A DNA stretch of 64,000 nt from Thermoproteota archaeon (GTDB taxonomy: Archaea; Thermoproteota; Methanomethylicia; Methanomethylicales; Methanomethylicaceae), in contig VGLU01000001.1 in the NCBI GenBank assembly GCA_016882195.1, positions 102,001-166,000 on the forward strand. The letters run 5' to 3'. This document shows, in pieces, positions 59,865-64,000 of the stretch (positions are counted from its first letter, which is position 1; each line of letters opens with the position of its first letter). The notes beneath the pieces are model-generated. The model was not told the DNA's origin, made no database searches, and saw only the letters and a list, made by a program, of their open reading frames with translations. Both the position numbers and the translations under genes were made by a program.

Positions 59865-61748
59865 TTGGACGTTAACGTGGTCATCGGAGGGCCGCAGGGC
59901 GGCGGCATAGAGACGGCGGGGATGCTGGCGGTCAGGACGCTGGTAATGGCCGGGCTGGAGGTATTCGGAGACAGGGAGTACCACTCCAACATCAAGGGAA
60001 AGCACAGCTACTTCCACATAAGGGCGGCGGACAGACCGGTAGGTAGCATAAGGTACCCGGTGGACGTCTTGGGGGCGCTGGATGCGGAGACGCTGGGCAC
60101 GCACTTCCACGAGGTCAAGGATGGCGGCGTCGTGGTTTATGACTCTGCCCTATCGAGCAAATCACTGACAAGGATACCCTCACTCGATCCAATAAGGGTA
60201 GAGAGGCTGAAGGAGGACCTTCTGGAGAGGAAAATAGGTGAGACCGTCGAGGCTCTTAGCCAATACCTCGGGAGCCGGGGGACACAGGTTGTGCCCATCC
60301 CTTTCTCCAAGCTTCTGTCAGAGGTCCTGAAGTTCCCTAACCCGCTGATAGCGAGGACAATGAACACCTCGATAACTGCCGCGCTTCTCACGCTGATGGG
60401 AGTCCAGCAGGAGGCGATCTCCAAAGCTGTGGGGTTTCTATTCAGGGAGAAGGAGGAGGTTGCGGAATTAAATCTTAAGGTAGTAGAAGCGGTCTGTGAT
60501 TTTGTAAAATCTTACGTAAAGAGAGAACCCGTAGCCGTGAGAAGGCGAACGGAAAGGAGGCTTCTTGTCGCCGGAAACGATTCCGTGGCAATCGGGAAGC
60601 TCATGGGCGGGCTCAGGCTTCAGACCTACTACCCCATTACCCCTGCCGCTGACGAGTCCTTCGACATAGAGGAGAACTTCGAGTTGAGGGATTCCGCAGG
60701 GAACATCATAGGCAACCCGGTGGTCGTGCAAACGGAGGATGAGATCTCTGCTATAGCCATGGCGATAGGCGGAGCCCTAGCCGGCACCAGGTCTGCCACG
60801 TCCACAAGCGGTCCCGGCTTCTCGCTCATGGCGGAGGGGCTGAGTTGGGCCGGGAACAACGAGGTGCCTGTGGTGATAACCCACTACCAGCGGGGAGGGC
60901 CATCCACGGGGCTTCCCACAAGGCACAGCCAGTCGGACCTGCTCTTCACCATATTTGCCGGCCACGGGGAGTTCGCCAGGATCGTGCTGGCCTCTGGAGA
61001 TCACAGGGAGGCCATGGCGGATGCTGTGAAGAGCTTGAACTATGCCGAAAGGTACCAGGTTCCGGTTATCCATCTGCTGGACAAGGGGGTCGCAAACTGC
61101 GTGACGACTACAACCCTTGAGGAGAGGTTCGAGATAACGCGCGGTAAGAGGTTTGATGGGGTTCTGAAGGAGGGTGAGGTCTACAGGAGGTTCCGGTTCA
61201 CCGATGACGGAATCTCTCCCAGGGCCTTCCTTGGCGAGGAGACCATGTGGTACTCCGGTGACGAGCACAACGAGCTCGGCAACATATGCGAGGACCCCCT
61301 CAACAGGAACAGGATGTACGCCAAGAGGATGGAGAAGAGCAGGAGGATCATGGAGGAGGCCCCCGACGAGGACAAAGCCCTGCTCCATGGACCCGAGAGG
61401 TACGACGACCTGATACTCACGTGGGGAATCACCAAGGGTGCAGCGGTCGACGCCTTAGAGTCCATGGGGAGGTTGGGGAGGAGGGTGGCGGTGCTTCAGG
61501 TGAGGATGATGGAGCCCTTCCCAGGTAGCTACATCTCAAAGTTCCTTTCCGAGGCGGCTCAGGTTATTGACGTGGAGGCAAACTACCTTGGCCAGCTGGC
61601 GGAGCTTGTGAGGCTAAGGTGTGGCATGGTTGTGAGGAATAGGGTGCTCAAGTACACAGGAAGGATCGTGACAGAGGACGAGGTCGCCTCCTCGTACGAG
61701 AGGATCCTGAAGGGGGAGGAGAGGATCGTGCTCTGGGGTGGCGAGTAG
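59865..61748 (+). CDS. 2-oxoacid:ferredoxin oxidoreductase subunit alpha (fused gamma-alpha type)
   Basis: N-terminal ..GGPQGGGIETAG.. (gamma-like), ..YYPITPA.., ..SGPGFSLM... 627 aa. Confidence 0.9.
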   Translation: MDVNVVIGGPQGGGIETAGMLAVRTLVMAGLEVFGDREYHSNIKGKHSYFHIRAADRPVGSIRYPVDVLGALDAETLGTHFHEVKDGGVVVYDSALSSKSLTRIPSLDPIRVERLKEDLLERKIGETVEALSQYLGSRGTQVVPIPFSKLLSEVLKFPNPLIARTMNTSITAALLTLMGVQQEAISKAVGFLFREKEEVAELNLKVVEAVCDFVKSYVKREPVAVRRRTERRLLVAGNDSVAIGKLMGGLRLQTYYPITPAADESFDIEENFELRDSAGNIIGNPVVVQTEDEISAIAMAIGGALAGTRSATSTSGPGFSLMAEGLSWAGNNEVPVVITHYQRGGPSTGLPTRHSQSDLLFTIFAGHGEFARIVLASGDHREAMADAVKSLNYAERYQVPVIHLLDKGVANCVTTTTLEERFEITRGKRFDGVLKEGEVYRRFRFTDDGISPRAFLGEETMWYSGDEHNELGNICEDPLNRNRMYAKRMEKSRRIMEEAPDEDKALLHGPERYDDLILTWGITKGAAVDALESMGRLGRRVAVLQVRMMEPFPGSYISKFLSEAAQVIDVEANYLGQLAELVRLRCGMVVRNRVLKYTGRIVTEDEVASSYERILKGEERIVLWGGE

Positions 61749-62655
61749 GATGTCGTCGTTCGAATGGAGCTCAGGGGTCTGGCCGGACTGGTGCCAGGGG
61801 TGTGGCAATTTCGGAATATTTACGGCCCTGAGGATGGCGCTTGCTGAGATGGGCATGGACAGAAAAAGGGTGGTGCTGGTCTCGGGGATAGGTTGCAGCG
61901 GTAAGATTCCCCACTTCGTAAAGGCGACGGGCGTTCACGCGCTCCATGGGAGGTCTATACCCTTCGCCACCGGAATAAAAATTGCTAACCCAAACCTGAA
62001 GGTCGTAGTACACGGCGGCGATGGGGATCTCCTGGGTATCGGCATGGGTCACTTTGTGGCGCTGGGGAGGAGAAATCCGGACATACTGGTGATGATTCAC
62101 AACAACTGGGTCTACGGGCTCACCAAAGGGCAGGCGTCACCGACATTGGGGAGGGGCATAAGGACGAAGGCACTCGCATTTCCTAACATAAACGACCCCG
62201 TGAATCCGATACTCATAGGCATGGCATCGGGGTACACCTTCCTTGCAAGGAGCTACGCCTACAATGCAGAGCACCTTAAAGAGGTGATCAAGGCGGGCCT
62301 GAGTCACAGGGGGGCGGGTGCCATCGAGATCATCCAGCCCTGCCCGACCTGGAACAACATAGTGAACATGGAGTGGGTGGCGCAGAACACTCAGTACCTG
62401 AGCGGCTGGGATCCGGTGGTGGCCAGTGAGGACGACCTTCTAAAGAAGATGCAGGAGGTGATGCGGCTGGAGTCCATGGACAAGAAACAGTTGGGCATCA
62501 TCTTCGAGAACAGGTTCAAGGAGACCTTCGAGGATCGCCTGGCATCGATAAACGGCTACTACAAGGATAACCCACCAGCCAGGCAGCGCATAGAGGACGA
62601 AGGCTCATCCCTTCCGGTGAGCATGGATAAGACCTTTGGAAGGTACATGGTATAA
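61738..62655 (+). CDS. 2-oxoacid:ferredoxin oxidoreductase subunit beta (TPP-binding)
   Basis: ..WCQGCGNFGI.., ..SGIGCSG.., ..GGDGDLLGIGMGH.. (TPP motif). The start is GTG 61738 or ATG 61750. Confidence 0.9.
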   Translation: MASRMSSFEWSSGVWPDWCQGCGNFGIFTALRMALAEMGMDRKRVVLVSGIGCSGKIPHFVKATGVHALHGRSIPFATGIKIANPNLKVVVHGGDGDLLGIGMGHFVALGRRNPDILVMIHNNWVYGLTKGQASPTLGRGIRTKALAFPNINDPVNPILIGMASGYTFLARSYAYNAEHLKEVIKAGLSHRGAGAIEIIQPCPTWNNIVNMEWVAQNTQYLSGWDPVVASEDDLLKKMQEVMRLESMDKKQLGIIFENRFKETFEDRLASINGYYKDNPPARQRIEDEGSSLPVSMDKTFGRYMV

Positions 62656-62667
62656 CACTAGCGAAGC

Positions 62668-63765
62668 TCAGGGCCATAACCTCGTCAGCGAACGGTTTAT
62701 CTTGACGGCGCCGTGTTCGCAGACCTCGTGGCAGACGTAGCACTTTATGCACTTGGACTTGTCTCTCTTGGCATGGCCCTCAATGGTTATGGCGGAGGCA
62801 GGGCACGCCTTAGCACAGTTGCCGCACCCGATGCATTTCGAGGATATAAAGGAGACCGACGGACTAATCGTGGGCGCAAGGGATCCGGCGAGGGAGGCAA
62901 CCCTCGAGAGGAAGGTTGACGGCAGTTCGAACTTCGCCACAGAGAACGCGTCGCCAAGAATGTCGATGTCCTCAAGGTTCTCGGGTCCGAGGGAGCGCCT
63001 GGAGGCCTCCAACACATGAGGGATGTCCTTCGGGTCTAGGCCAGCCATGGCGAACGAGACCATGTCCAAGGCGAGGGCGTCGGTACTCGCCAGCACCTTT
63101 CCGAGCCTCAGGGGGCTTCCCCCCGTCGGCCCGTTCCCCTCCATGCACACCACGGCATCCATGACGTTCAGGGAGACGAGCGGGCGTATGGCGGAGTACA
63201 CGTCGACCATGGCCTTTGCCATGCGATCGGGCGTCCTCCCCACCGAATGGATCACGCCCTTACCCGAGCCCGGTATGCAGCCGAGGGCCAGGTTCTTCAG
63301 CGCGCCGGTCATGATGGTCTGGACATGGGTCTTTAGCTTTGGCACGTTGATCAGCCTGTAGTCGAATATGGGTCTTGCCAGACCGATGGACTTTATCAGC
63401 TCGCCGTTGACCTTAACGATCTTGGGGGGCAGCCCCTCGAACTCCACGAACTCCGAGCCGCCCTCCCTTATGGCGTCCAGCATACCCGTCGCCGAGAAGA
63501 CCTCGCGCGCCTTGCCTGGATAGGCGTTGCCTGGGGAGTCGCCCACATCTGCCATCCCCCCAGCAGCCCTCACGATCTCGATCAGGGCAAGTACGACTCT
63601 GGGATCGGTGGTGACGCCCTCCTCTGAGGTCTTTGCATTTATCATGTTGGGCTTGATGAGGAGGCGTTCGCCTTTGGGAGGGCTCCACCCGATCAGGTCT
63701 ATAGCCTTCGCAACGGCGCTCCGAATGTCGTCCTTCGCGTCCACGACCGATACAGAGTAGCGCAT
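62668..63765 (-). CDS. DUF362 domain protein with C-terminal 2x[4Fe-4S] ferredoxin domain
   Basis: ..RLLIKPNMINA..TTDPRVV.. (DUF362) and CIGCGNCAKACP / CIKCYVCHEVCE. Confidence 0.8.
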   Translation of the reverse strand: MRYSVSVVDAKDDIRSAVAKAIDLIGWSPPKGERLLIKPNMINAKTSEEGVTTDPRVVLALIEIVRAAGGMADVGDSPGNAYPGKAREVFSATGMLDAIREGGSEFVEFEGLPPKIVKVNGELIKSIGLARPIFDYRLINVPKLKTHVQTIMTGALKNLALGCIPGSGKGVIHSVGRTPDRMAKAMVDVYSAIRPLVSLNVMDAVVCMEGNGPTGGSPLRLGKVLASTDALALDMVSFAMAGLDPKDIPHVLEASRRSLGPENLEDIDILGDAFSVAKFELPSTFLSRVASLAGSLAPTISPSVSFISSKCIGCGNCAKACPASAITIEGHAKRDKSKCIKCYVCHEVCEHGAVKINRSLTRLWP

Positions 63766-63825
63766 GTTGATCTCGACTAAATTGGGAAGGAGGTAAAATA
63801 AAGATATGGGATTCTCTGCTGTCCG

Positions 63826-64000
63826 TTAGGTGCATTCCCGCAGTTTGCTTGCCATATGCAGCGAGAAGACCCCCTTCATCCTCTGTGCTTGGACCTCCGC
63901 CGAGCCCTTCTCGGGTAGCGCCTTTCTCAGGTCGGAGATAATTTCCTCCAGCCGAGCCGTACGATCCTCGTCCACCTTGCCTCTTAGAACGCCCTCGTAG
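63826..64000 (-). CDS. 3' end of an unidentified gene (5' part outside window)
   Basis: The minus strand is open from the window edge: ..YEGVLRGKVDEDRTARLEEIISDLRKALPEKGSAEVQAQRMKGVFSLHMASKLRECT*. Function unknown. Confidence 0.3.
   Translation of the reverse strand, partial: YEGVLRGKVDEDRTARLEEIISDLRKALPEKGSAEVQAQRMKGVFSLHMASKLRECT

Noticed and set aside
1-64000. Search for CRISPR arrays, tRNA/rRNA genes, IS elements, integrases and prophage genes
   Set aside because: No direct-repeat/spacer periodicity, cloverleaf-like segments or transposase/integrase motifs were seen in any intergenic region or ORF translation. The three VapBC pairs are the only mobile-element-like modules.

Overview
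The window looks like an archaeal chromosomal segment. A/T-rich TATA/BRE-like boxes sit about 25 nt upstream of many start codons. It also carries mevalonate kinase, a Dpo4/DinB polymerase, a two-subunit 2-oxoacid:ferredoxin oxidoreductase, a eukaryote-type topoisomerase IB and a C-terminally membrane-anchored solute-binding protein. I can support roughly 70 densely packed protein-coding genes on both strands. I saw no rRNA, tRNA, CRISPR array, transposase or integrase.

Recognisable content:
- Housekeeping: a purB 3' end, mvk, a bacterial/eukaryal-type metK, a TldD/PmbA protein, a class-III aminotransferase, two moeA paralogs, gcvT, dinB, trxB, sfsA, an Lhr-type helicase and an OFOR alpha/beta pair.
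- Transport: an MFS transporter, an ABC-2 exporter pair, a complete Opp/Dpp-type ABC importer, and an ArsR plus ArsP-like permease pair.
- Three VapBC toxin-antitoxin pairs.
- A dense set of thiol/disulfide redox genes: an FTR-rubredoxin fusion with a glutaredoxin-like partner, three tandem thioredoxin-fold paralogs, a class-I disulfide oxidoreductase and TrxB.
- Several DUF-type genes: DUF169, DUF2284, DUF2207/LemA, DUF362, DUF4430 and DUF167.

The most interesting locus is a compact minus-strand operon at 43.5-46.6 kb. It encodes a half-length, apparently hingeless SMC-like ATPase, a kleisin-like protein and a tandem winged-helix protein. By eye, their motifs resemble Smc5/6, Nse4 and Nse3/MAGE rather than condensin-type SMC-ScpAB. 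The operon lies less than 1 kb from the topoisomerase IB gene.

Other observations: two frameshifted genes (a CodB-like permease and DUF167), a duplicated MFS 3' remnant, a truncated Lrp, palindromic operator candidates at TA and ArsR promoters, and a cluster of uncharacterised genes at 49-51.6 kb.

All family assignments come from reading motifs by eye and from memory. No database search was run.
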